From Octopus sinensis (Eukaryota), in assembly GCF_006345805.1 (NCBI RefSeq), contig NC_043001.1:50282001-50346000 (forward strand): a stretch of 64,000 nucleotides of DNA, written 5' to 3'. Positions 52,130 through 64,000 of this stretch are shown here, one piece after another. The first letter of the stretch is position 1. Every line of letters begins with the position of its first letter. A program made the position numbers and the translations under genes. A model generated the notes under the pieces. It had not been told where the DNA came from and made no database searches. It was given only the letters and a program-made list of their open reading frames with translations.

Positions 52130-52530
52130 ATAGGCGCAGACGTGGCTGACTGGTAAGAAGCTTGCTTCCCAACCACATGGTTCCGGGTTCTGTTCCACTG
52201 CTAGGCACCTTGGGCAAGTGTCTTCTACTATAGCCTGGAGCCGATCAAAGCTTTGTGAATGGATTTGGCTGACGGAAACTGAAAGAAGCCTGTCCTATAT
52301 ATTTATGCGTATGTTTGTGTGTGTTTGTGTTTGCCCCCTACCACCACCACCATCGCTTGACAACCAATGTTGGTGTGTTTACGTCCCTGTCACTTAGTGG
52401 TTTAGCAAAAGAGACCGATAGAATAAGTACTAGGCTTACAAAGAATAAATCTGGGGTCGATGTTTTCAACTAAAGGCGGTGCCCCGGCATGGCCGCAGTC
52501 AAATGACTGAAACAAGTAAATGAATAAAAG
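52130..52530 (+). mobile_element. SINE family B
   Basis: aggcgcagacgtggctgactggtaagaagcttgc...gcaccttgggcaagtgtcttctactatagcc...gtcaaatgactgaaacaagt. Confidence 0.85.
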
Positions 52531-53520
52531 AATTGAATTCGATGAGCCGTTGAATCCTTTAAGTTCATTCATCCACTGAAAGGTCTTATTTTTCTTTTTT
52601 CCTGCACGGGGTTCAAATGTAGGAACAAATTTACAATATCACCCTTCTCACCCAGCAACTTCGGTGGACTTGTCAATGTCCTCGCCAACAGCTCAATCAT
52701 TATCTTTTTGCTTCTAAAAAGATTTAAATAGGTAATGCAATTCACCCCTTTTAGTTAAAAACTAAAACTGCAGCCAACACAAAATATAACCTGATTATGA
52801 CACATAAACCCCTATAAACCACATAAACCTATAAAAGTTTGCTCTGCTACATTCGTGCTTGAGTGAAGTGAAACAATAGCAAACTTTATTTATTCAGCCA
52901 TAAGAAACTACCCCCATCATCCCTTTCTTTCGACCCACACTCAACAAACATATTTTCCTCCTGTCCTTCTTCATCCCCGCTTCCTATAGTCATTTCTCTT
53001 GTCTCGGTACGTTGTACTTAATTTCCATTTACTGCATGCCACCTACCAAAGAAACACTCTGCCACAAGCTATACATAAATGTAGAAAGATCATAGTAAAC
53101 CATACTCTGATAGCACCGAAGCTTTGAAGTCACTGTCAATTATTTTGTTGAAAATATTAATGCATTCGTACGCACGCACACACATACACACACATTCTCA
53201 AAATACCTTGCCTTACAGTTCAACTTTTGTTCAACCATGTCATATACTACTGCAATTGTTGCCACACTACATTATACTGATACTACATAATGAAACTAAC
53301 CACAACTGCGAATACAGTTCCTACAAAATGGTAATCATAGCAATGCTTTTCTTCATAACATACAAGAATGGTCAGTCGATAGCCACTCCTTTTCCTTCTT
53401 TTATTTGAAAAGTGGAAATTACTCCCTAAAATTTACAGGATCATTAAAAAATGTATGCAAGAAACTGCTATGCTCTTTCTGTTTTTAATTCTTAAAATAT
53501 CACCATGCATAAAGACAACG

Positions 53521-53735
53521 GACTGACAGAATCGTTAGCACGCCGGACAAAATGCTTAGTGGCATTTCATCCGTCTTCACGTGCTGAATTCAAATTCTGC
53601 TGCTGTCGACCTTGCTTTTCACCCTCTCGGAGTTGATATAATAAGTACCAACTGAACACTGGAGTTGATTTAAACAACTTACTTCCCTTCCTCCAAGCTT
53701 GCTGGACTTCTACCAAAATTTGAAACCAATATTAC
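53521..53735 (+). mobile_element. Diverged SINE family A
   Basis: gacagaatcgttagcacgccggacaaaatgcttag...gaattcaaattctgc. Confidence 0.7.
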
Positions 53736-54161
53736 CTTTCATATCTTGCTTAAATCCTCACCTGCATTTCTTGAAAGTTCTTTCTTTCAGGCATATATCT
53801 CATTTAAGCATATTGCACTGTTTTAAGTAAATTACAATAATCCTTTATGCACACACACACACACACACACCACACACACACACACACACACCACACACAC
53901 ACACACACACACATGCAAACACACACACACACACTCGCACGCAAACACACAGACACATACTACACACATTCACGCGCACACATATTCATATACGTATTAT
54001 TATGTACATACAGTCACACACATATACATACACACACACACATCTATAATGAGTGTGGGTCTGTGTGTTTTGTTTGATATTTTGTGCTTTCAGTGTGAAA
54101 GTAGTTAAAAACGATAGAATAATTTCTAGCATATATGAATAGTTTTATTTTTCAGAGAATA

Positions 54162-56405
54162 TTAACAAAGTGATAAACTTGTCTGTGAAATATTTACTTC
54201 TTCGAATATATTAATTGTTTTGATAATTCTATGTGACAGGGATAAATCAACACGAAATTTAGTATTAATTATTGACAATAATTTAGGTATCAGAGACGTC
54301 GTCAAAATCAACGTGATTTTTGTGAATGCTGATAAATCTAAATCATTTCGGTTTATTATGTTGTTGCAAGCAAAGAAAAAAGATACGATTAGGAACAGTT
54401 TTACAATGGATGTACTAATTTCGTATCTCAAAGGAAAATGTTCGTTAATAATTGTTTTAAACAATTTTGCACTTATGAATTTCTCTCCATATTTTGATTG
54501 AACTAATTCTGAGCGAACAGTTCTGGTTAACTTTATACTTTTAACTAGTATAGTGCGATACTTTTTATGAATAGCTTTCGTAACTGCAAAACCGTAAACG
54601 AAAAACATGGCGACAAACCATATATCACCAATAGTATCAGGTTTAGCAATTACAGCAATAGCTATTGAAAATGAATAGTTGCAAAGAACTTGGAAAGTTG
54701 TAAGAAAAATAAAAATCGAATCTAAATACCATAATACATAAAAGGGCAACGAAGCGAATGTTAAAATAAAAGCAGTGATCTTTAAAATTTGGTTGGGATT
54801 CAAATACATTGGTAAAATATAGACTTTGAAGTAACTTAAGGGTAAAGTTAGCATCAAATAAACGATTGGGATTCCGTAATAAACGAGGCACAGAAGTAAT
54901 TCGCAGATAGAAAATACAGCAAATAAAATCGTGATCGTAATAAATAACCAAAGAAATATGAATTGGCTAAAAATATTTCTCTCGTAGTAATAAAACCAAA
55001 TTTTCTTTATACGTTTAATCCAAGTATAAATAATTAAATACCAGAAATTTGGGTTTAAAGCAGTAGAAATATTGGCTTTCATTATTGCATAAAGTAGATC
55101 GTAATCTTCAAGTTCAAACCTATTTAAATTTCCATAGTTCTCTATTAATCTAATATTTTGAATAAGAAAAGTGCAAGTAGACCTTTGATGTAATGTACTA
55201 TAAGCGATAGTCTCACTTAAACGACTGGGAAAAACGAAGAGAATAAAGTTGAAAAATATATAGCTAATTATCCAAAAAAAGGGACCCCCGAAAAAACCAT
55301 CTGTATTTTCATAGCTTTCTGAGATTCCTAGAATCATGCCACGATAACCCAATGGAATACGATCATGTAAAAGTATTTTCATCGTTTCATATAAAAATAA
55401 ATAATGCATTAAAAGATCCAGGAAAATTATTGAAAGAGGAAACATAATAAAAATGAATCTTCTTAATTTTGAAGCAAAGAAAGTGGAATGGTGAAAACAA
55501 AATAACCAAGATAGAAAATGAGAGAAAGTGTAAATATTATGTTTTTCATTGATCCATTCTAATTTGTGTGGCAATGTGTACATAATTCTAAATGAGGATT
55601 CACCGTGAGCTAGTTGCTGTTGGTTAAGTTCGCGGGAATATGAAGGTAATTTAGCTTTTGATACAAACCTGATAATTAATGGCAATATAGCCCACAAAAC
55701 TGCTCCAACAATATTTTCATAATTGACATACATGCTATTGTCAATGGTATGTCCAGAACAAATGTATTGTGAATCATAAACATGGCTTTTATTTTTATGT
55801 AGCTCACAGCAATAGTTCTTCAATATCTCTCGATTCATACCCAGTCTTCTATAAGCTTCTAACGCGTATTTGTTCGTCTTATTCATGTCCTGGGATAAAT
55901 TTATAAGAAAACACATGTATCCGGAATCTCCCATTTGCAATTTATCGATAAATATGGCTCTCTTCAATTCCTTGAAAATTAAATTTATCACACCGAATCT
56001 CTGAATATTTTGTTTTCCACAATTTATATCGATATCAACACTTAGAGTAGCGATGTAGACATCTAATAAATTAAATGTGTGAAGTGAAAAGTCATAGAAG
56101 AAATTCTTATACGCTATGAGACCATCTTTTTCATCTGGAATCCACGTGAAACGCCGAGCATCTGCATAAAGATCTAATGGTACAGGATTCAGAAAACCAT
56201 CAAGATTTTTATCAGATATATGAACTTCAAAAATGAAAACCTTTTTGCCTGATTTTACTAAACGATTTAAACTCTTGCTGACATTGGGGCAAATTTTTAT
56301 TTCACAATTATTTCCGAGTTCTGTTGTATCTATATTTAGTGGTGTCAGTAATATAATAAATGTGATTGAAACAATAAGAGAATTGGTTGCTATTGTCATC
56401 TTCAT
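54162..56405 (-). CDS. Paralog 3: 747-aa signal peptide + Cys-containing ectodomain + ~9-10 TM protein, unknown function
   Basis: Uninterrupted 747-aa ORF in AT-rich DNA; gccATG start; signal-like N-terminus; ~200-aa region with 7 Cys and N-glycosylation sequons (NVS, NLS, NKT, NKS), then multiple hydrophobic segments; synonymous-biased differences from paralog 2. Confidence 0.9.
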   Translation of the reverse strand: MKMTIATNSLIVSITFIILLTPLNIDTTELGNNCEIKICPNVSKSLNRLVKSGKKVFIFEVHISDKNLDGFLNPVPLDLYADARRFTWIPDEKDGLIAYKNFFYDFSLHTFNLLDVYIATLSVDIDINCGKQNIQRFGVINLIFKELKRAIFIDKLQMGDSGYMCFLINLSQDMNKTNKYALEAYRRLGMNREILKNYCCELHKNKSHVYDSQYICSGHTIDNSMYVNYENIVGAVLWAILPLIIRFVSKAKLPSYSRELNQQQLAHGESSFRIMYTLPHKLEWINEKHNIYTFSHFLSWLFCFHHSTFFASKLRRFIFIMFPLSIIFLDLLMHYLFLYETMKILLHDRIPLGYRGMILGISESYENTDGFFGGPFFWIISYIFFNFILFVFPSRLSETIAYSTLHQRSTCTFLIQNIRLIENYGNLNRFELEDYDLLYAIMKANISTALNPNFWYLIIYTWIKRIKKIWFYYYERNIFSQFIFLWLFITITILFAVFSICELLLCLVYYGIPIVYLMLTLPLSYFKVYILPMYLNPNQILKITAFILTFASLPFYVLWYLDSIFIFLTTFQVLCNYSFSIAIAVIAKPDTIGDIWFVAMFFVYGFAVTKAIHKKYRTILVKSIKLTRTVRSELVQSKYGEKFISAKLFKTIINEHFPLRYEISTSIVKLFLIVSFFFACNNIINRNDLDLSAFTKITLILTTSLIPKLLSIINTKFRVDLSLSHRIIKTINIFEEVNISQTSLSLC

Positions 56406-56423
56406 GGCTGCCGTACTTCGTTG

Positions 56424-56440
56424 TCTGTAAATAAAAAGAA
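56424..56440 (-). promoter_or_regulatory. Putative splice acceptor upstream of paralog 3 start
   Basis: Minus strand ttctttttatttacag|acaac; AG ends 19 nt before the ATG; matches paralog 2. Confidence 0.65.
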
Positions 56441-56799
56441 CACAATTGAATACAGAATCATATGAGATTAGTTATTTTATAACTATTTGAAATGGGGGAT
56501 ATTTGTTTATAATTAAGTGTAAAACTATCATATCTTTCATTAAGTGTTAAACAAATATTTCTGCCAATGTAGACTAGAAAACATTATTGTATTTTGCTGT
56601 TCCCGTGTTTCTATCTAATTTTGTTTTAATATCTAGACACTTGAATTTTAATGAATTCTTAAGAATTTTATGGTTATAAGAAATTCCAGATTCTCTGATC
56701 CTAATTTATGATCCTAATTTATGAATCAGGCCATATTTGAACTGAAAACATACTTATATGAAACTGGATAATATAATTTTGAATTAATAAAGCCACTCA

Positions 56800-57600
56800 T
56801 ATATCATATATCCTTCTCCTTCCAGGTCGAGTTTGTCTGTATATGTAATATAACACCTGATCTACTATTAATCCCAATATTCCTGTCTTGAAATGATTCC
56901 TGCCATGTCAATTAGTGTCATCTGTCGATATGTCTTCCTTGAGTGACCCATGATTTCGACAATGTTGAAGTGTTCAAAGATGTCACTAATCAGCTTCTCG
57001 TTACTTATTACCTAATGTCCAACAAAGTGAACCATTCTTTCCCTATTACTGTCTGGTGCTTCAACTAAAAGTTTAATTTTTCTTGAATAGTTTGCTTCTT
57101 CCAGCACATATTTCAAATGCCGCAAAACACGCTGATGTAAATGATATCCAGCATAGTTTCGAGACTTTTGATTACTGTCCCGGTGAAAGAAACGTAAGGC
57201 ATCACAAATTCAACCATTATGTAGAAGAAAGTAAGTTTTTCTGAGAACTTTCATATTCATTTTATGCTGAAACTTCAGTACAAATTTTGCTGACACTTAG
57301 ATTAACAGCTGATTGCAGATGTTGTGTTATTCCTGTGGTACGTAGTTTTATCTAGATTCCAGATAATGGGACGTCTGTCCTTCCATATTGTACTGAATTA
57401 ATTCTTTCATTGCAGTGTGATCCTGTAGATCAATACTTGCAGCATCCACCTGGCTGTAAGTCAAGTCAGTTGCTAATGCAATAGTATCTCACATTTAGAC
57501 TAAATCATCAGCACAACCTGCATATGTTATTGACGATGTTATTAATACAGTTTTGATGGATGCATTGATTTCAGAAAGATAAATCTAAATTCCATGTTGC
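56800..57600 (-). mobile_element. Possible degenerate R2-superfamily C-terminal fragment
   Basis: Weak LHNG*ICDAL...HQRVLRHL resemblance to the zinc-knuckle/RHD region. Confidence 0.3.
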
Positions 57601-57828
57601 ATTCAACACACGTGTGGAAGACATATTCAAAACAGAATATCAACATTAAAATCTTTTAAGGGCGCTTTGTTATAAAACAACAGCAAGAATGCCTACATGA
57701 AAAGAGATATGTGACTGAATACTGGTGGACTTTGTCAATATTATAAACTTTAAGAGTTTCCGCTATCAGTATCTCCCACCACCACAATCTGAGCGTTCAG
57801 AATAACGTTTACAACACACATACAAATA

Positions 57829-57903
<75 letters not shown>

Positions 57904-57908
<5 letters not shown>

Positions 57909-59097
57909 AATAAAATAGAGTATATGCATATATATAAACATATATGTACGTACCTACCTCTACATGTACATATACACGCATATATGTGTACAGGACACCA
58001 AAAAGACGTCGAACACATAGAGAGACGAAACACATAGACACAAACCAAGGAACAAGACAAGCAAAAAAAAGGGAGAGATACAGGACAATAAGCACAACGA
58101 AAAATCCCCTTCTTCAGTCGCTAAGATTTCATCTACTAAACGTTTCGAAGGATAAAAGCGAGACGTATACTTCGAAGAAAAATTCCTTCCCGCGAAAAGC
58201 AAATCAATTAAAATTCTGAGATCTTTTCGCAGAGGGGTAAAAAAAGCAAGACGGTAACGACAATACAAACAAATAAACAGTAAAAAATATATATATAAAC
58301 AGTGGAAAAATAAATATATAACAGTGAGAGACAGGACAAGGAGAACAAGATAAGAAGGGCTGTTAACGCCAGACGAAAAAAGTATTGCAAACGCTGGATT
58401 ATCGTGGAAGACAGAGAGGGAAAATTTGTCGACCAGAAGCCTTACAAGGCGGGCGAGAAAGGACAGGAAGTAGTTACGACGGAAGTATCGTCGCAGATGG
58501 ATGACGGGAATGGGGGAGGAGGAGCAAGAGGAAGAGAGAGAAGAAGGGGAATGGTGCGAGGAGACCATGAAGAATGGTGAAAGGGAGAGAGAGAATGAAG
58601 AATGAGAGAGAGAGGAAGAGACAAGTTAAGTGAGGGAAAAAAAAAAGACGAAAAAGGGAATGGGAGAGAAAGAAAGAAAGATGCAGAGTCGCGTGAGAGT
58701 TAATATCAAGGCTAACTTGATAAACAGAACAATCTTACTTAGTAGGGTGCGTGCGTTTAGTCGTATAATATGTTAATAAAATAGAATATATGCATATATA
58801 TAAACATATATGTACGTACCTACCTCTACATGTACATATACACGCATATATGTGTACAGGACACCAAAAAGACGTCGAACACATAGAGAGACGAAACACA
58901 TAGACACAAACCAAGGAACAAGACAAGCAAAAAAAAGGGAGAGATACAGGACAATAAGCACAACGAAAAATCCCCTTCTTCAGTCGCTAAGATTTCATCT
59001 ACTAAACGTTTCGAAGGATAAAAGCGAGACGTATACTTCGAAGAAAAATTCCTTCCCGCGAAAAGCAAATCAATTAAAATTCTGAGATCTTTTCGCA
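57904..59097. mobile_element. Element with 328-bp direct terminal repeats (Penelope pseudo-LTR-like)
   Basis: 57904-58231 is nearly identical to 58770-59097 (offset 866); flanked by (TA)n; each repeat carries CUGAAGA and GAAAC motifs on the minus strand. Confidence 0.65.
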
Positions 59098-59144
<47 letters not shown>

Positions 59145-59386
59145 TGTGTGTGTGTATAATATAAATTAGAGATAAAACCACTATTATGCAATTCAAACAA
59201 TGATAGGCATAAACCGAAACATAAATAATAAATAAAATATATTTTTATAAAACATATAACTAAATTGCATAATAGTGGTTTTATCTCTAATTTATATTTT
59301 ATATATTTATATTGTGAAATTTGATTTAATACTAAATTGAATTTTTCCCTGTAAGTTTGAAGTTATAGTCCTTATTATTATTATTA

Positions 59387-60368
<982 letters not shown>

Positions 60369-60534
60369 TACATACATCCCCACACTTGATTTAAAGATTA
60401 TACCCTCACCCCGTCCCACTCTCTCTCCCTCTGAAATACACATTAACTTCCTACCCCCCTCCATCTACTTCCAAGTTGCAATCTAATAATGCAGGCAGTT
60501 ACTCTAATATCATGAAGGCACTTTGGTGCGAAGG

Positions 60535-61385
60535 TTATGACCCTTGATGAATCCCCATCTCAACTTTTCCCGAGGATTTTTCGTTCGCAAGGAGGTTTAG
60601 TTCTTCTGTGTCAAAACCACGAATCTCAACATCGCTCTCGCTGATCACCTCCACGCATTTCTCCACAGTAAAATCAACATCAAAGGATGGGTATAGGGAC
60701 ACTACGTCCATACTGACTATTATGCATCCAGTCAGGTCGCAGGCATGGTTGCGCTTATTGATTCTGCTGAGGAGGTCCTCCGTGCTATCACACACATCTG
60801 GAGACATTTTTATCAGAGGGCGTATGATCATTGAGAGGAAGTAGGAGATCCGATAGTTGTTGGCAGACCAGTCTCGTCGGTGGTCCTGTCATTGGGCCAG
60901 TGGTCATCTTATGGTCGTTGTGCATCCTATGCAGTGCCAGAGTCTCATTGTTGGTGGCCTGGAAGTTGTTGGCCGTGCATTACTTTGTCCCTAGATATTT
61001 GACCACATCATCATATTGAACATTGAAGAAATTCTCTCTCCTCAAACTCCCGTATAGTTGTTTCCCTCATATTGGTGATGTGAGTTTGCACCGCCTGGTT
61101 TGTAGTTCGACATACTTCCGGTCTTGTCCGTGGGAAAGAACACAACTTCCCTATTTCTTGTGCGCTGTTTGAGCTTGCGTAGGCCACCTGCGGACTTCTT
61201 GTCGAGTTGTTGTGCCGCTCTACCACTCCGTCTACTAGTATATTGTTCTAAAATTTGTCTAAGTTTATTTCTGGCTATGGTGACGCGTGCTTGTATTTTG
61301 TTATTTGTCTGTTGAGGGATGCAAACTCTTTTGTTGAAGGGTAAGGTTATCAGATAAATGCTGCTCATATCGTATATCTGCTTCA
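60535..61385 (-). mobile_element. Penelope-like RT fragment
   Basis: GLRKLKQR..EVVFFPTDKTG and IIVSMDVVSLYPSFDV motifs. Confidence 0.75.
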
Positions 61386-61450
61386 ACGCACGATATCACA
61401 TCAGAAATCTTGCAACGCAACTTAATAAATACACACACACACACACACAC

Positions 61451-61501
<51 letters not shown>

Positions 61502-61896
61502 GTAGTGGGTAGCGATTTTCTTCACTACTTCAGGGCTCCGGCTGACAGTACCCAGTATGGGCACCTATCCAGGGTTACGAAAAGGAGACGACCTTCAAAG
61601 AAATCCGGAGTGGAGCCCCGTAGGTGGTTTAGTGTTCGACTCGACACTCTTCCGGCAGCTCCTGCAACCAAGCTGCTGCCAAACGTAATGCTCTTCACTC
61701 CTTTTGGACTACGTCAGCAGGGTCGAGAGAGGAGTCCTCACGATTGGGCTACCCAGGATTTTCTTACATCTAGCCCAGGCCTGCGCAAGACTGGAGAGGA
61801 CATGAGATGTAAAAACCAGACTGGATTTGTTTATGCGCAACTCCATTGTCTATCGAGACAAAGGGATGCCAACAGCAACAACAACAACAACGATAT

Positions 61897-61935
<39 letters not shown>

Positions 61936-61938
<3 letters not shown>

Positions 61939-62215
61939 CGCATGACTTAGTGGTTTAGGTGTTGCGCTCCCGATTGCGAGATTGTGGGTTCAATTCCTAG
62001 ACCGGGCGTTGCCTTGTGTTCTTGTGTAAAACACTTCATTTCACGTTGCTCTGCGATCATTTCGACATCTGACATGTGGCACCCATTGCCCCTATACAGG
62101 CAATGTCGATCTGATGGAGGGAGTAAGCTTATGTCTACACAAATCATCTGTATGGTTGTTCGGTAAGAAAATTGTTGAACCCTCATACGTCGTCAAACGA
62201 CGGGAGACTCCGTCA
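61936..62215 (+). mobile_element. SINE family C-related copy
   Basis: ggcgcatgacttagtggtttagg...ggttcaattcctagaccggg...aaaacacttcatttcacgttgctc. Confidence 0.75.
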
Positions 62216-62222
62216 TATACAT

Positions 62223-62294
<72 letters not shown>

Positions 62295-62301
<7 letters not shown>

Positions 62302-63115
62302 AGGAATGTAATAATACATTACGAATGATATATAAACAATTAATAATTATTTATGAATATGTAATCATAAATTACATTAAAAGAAGTGTGTTTATAATTA
62401 TGAATAAATCACATATACAGTGGCTCTATAGTGCTTTTTGACTGCTATTTCTAAACATGTAAGGGTTTTTGCGACCCTTATTGTTATAATTGTGATTTAT
62501 TCATAATTATAAACATTCTTTTTTAATGTAATTTATGATTACATGTCTGGTCAATGATATAGAATTATTAACTATTTATGATATATCCTTCGTAATGTAT
62601 TATTACCTTAATTTTTAATTATTCAATTTTCCACTCATATCCGGTATTTTTTTGTGGTTCGAATTACCGGTCTTTTCTCATAAACGCTGCGCATGACGTT
62701 GGAATTCAGAATTTGAATGTGTAGATAGGAGTTGACACATTATCCTTGCCAGTCGGGAGACATGTAAGCCCCAAGGTATGATTTTGTATCAATTTGTATC
62801 TATAGGAATATTCTCCTGATGAGAGGAACGGGACCATTATGTTGATTTATATCCGTTATTTTACGATACAGTATATCATATGTTATAATAGGTTCCTAAC
62901 CTCAAAATTGCAATAGAGAATTAACCTTTTATTTTTAAATTATGCATTTTGTAAGTCATATCGCAGCAGACAGCTTTATTGTGGGGAGTTATGAGTGATA
63001 ATAGTGGCTTTATAGTGGTTTTTGACTGGTATTTCTATACATGTAAGGGTTTTGCGATTCTCTCCGTTATAATTGCCATTTATTCATAATTATAAACACG
63101 CTTCTTTCATATATA
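62295..63115 (-). mobile_element. Penelope-like 3' fragment with direct and inverted pseudo-LTR pieces
   Basis: 62420-62520 recurs at 63000-63110; 62295-62413 is inverted relative to 62491-62619; the interval has GIY-YIG C-terminal-like remnants. Confidence 0.55.
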
Positions 63116-63129
63116 TATATATTATATAT

Positions 63130-63168
<39 letters not shown>

Positions 63169-63402
63169 GGGAGTAAATCCAAACTTACAGGGAAAAATAG
63201 ATTTAGGATTAAATCTAATTTTATAGTATAAATATATATATTAAATTAGAGATAAGACCACTATTAAGCAAATCAAACAGTGAAAATCATAGACCAATAC
63301 ATAGAAATAAAATTAATTAATAAAAAATATATAAAATATAAAATTCAAAATTTAAATTTGAAAAAGTATTTAAATTAATAATTTAATAATTTATACTTAT
63401 AA

Positions 63403-63441
<39 letters not shown>

Positions 63442-63457
63442 ATTATTATTATTATTA

Positions 63458-63494
<37 letters not shown>

Positions 63495-63524
63495 ATTATT
63501 ATTATTATATTATTATTATTATTA

Positions 63525-63558
<34 letters not shown>

Positions 63559-63592
63559 TTATTATTATTATATTATTATTGTTATTTATATA

Positions 63593-64000
63593 TAAGCGCA
63601 GGAGTGGCTGTGTGGTAAGTAGCTTGCTAACCAACCACATGGTTCCGGGTTCAGTCCCACTGCGTGGCATCTTGGGCAAGTGTCTTCTGCTATAGCCCCG
63701 GGCCGACCAATGTCATGTGAGTGGATTTGGTAGACGGAAACTGAAAGAAGCCTGTCGTATATATGTATATATGCATATATGTGTGTGTGTGTGTGTTTGT
63801 GTGTCTGTGTCTGTCCCCCTAGCATTGCTTGACAACCGATGCTGGTGTGTTTACGACCCCGTCACCTAGCGGTTCGGCAAAAGAGACCGATAGAATAAGT
63901 ACTGGACTTACAAAGAATAAGTCCCGGGGTCGATTTGCTCGACTAAAGGCGGTGCTCCAGCATGGCCGCAGTCAAATGACTGAAACAAGTAAAAGAGTAA
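63593..64000 (+). mobile_element. SINE family B, near full length
   Basis: agcgcaggagtggctgtgtggtaagtagcttgctaaccaaccacatggttccgggttcagtccc head; ends aaagagtaa. Confidence 0.9.

Noticed and set aside
57960-58568. 202-aa minus-strand ORF and duplicated 91-aa ORFs
   Set aside because: Low-complexity translations of the direct-repeat element.

Overview
AT-rich, microsatellite-saturated animal genomic DNA, most likely octopus (inferred from the SINE families and repeat landscape; not verified by search). Most of the window is transposon debris: a ~15 kb nest of R4/Dong-like retrotransposons in (AAT)n tracts, plus Tx1-, RTE-, HERO- and Penelope-like elements, mariner/maT/pogo-type DNA transposons, a Helitron helicase fragment and three tRNA-derived SINE families. 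The only convincing host genes are three paralogous single-coding-exon ORFs: 1..1407 (+, 5'-partial), 32918..35128 (-) and 54162..56405 (-). The two complete ones encode ~740-aa proteins with a signal peptide, a cysteine-containing extracellular domain and roughly 9-10 hydrophobic segments; the partial one covers the membrane region only. I cannot assign them to a characterised family. They show synonymous-biased divergence, a shared splice acceptor 19 nt before the ATG (genes 2 and 3) and a 29/30-identical 3' UTR motif (genes 1 and 3), so they are the best candidate for an undescribed receptor/channel/transporter family. Secondary observations include a non-coding ~570-bp (AAT)n-targeting retroposon, an apparent ~200-bp target-site duplication and hammerhead-ribozyme-like cores in Penelope-type repeats. 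Repeat boundaries are approximate; family names come from motif recognition, not database searches.
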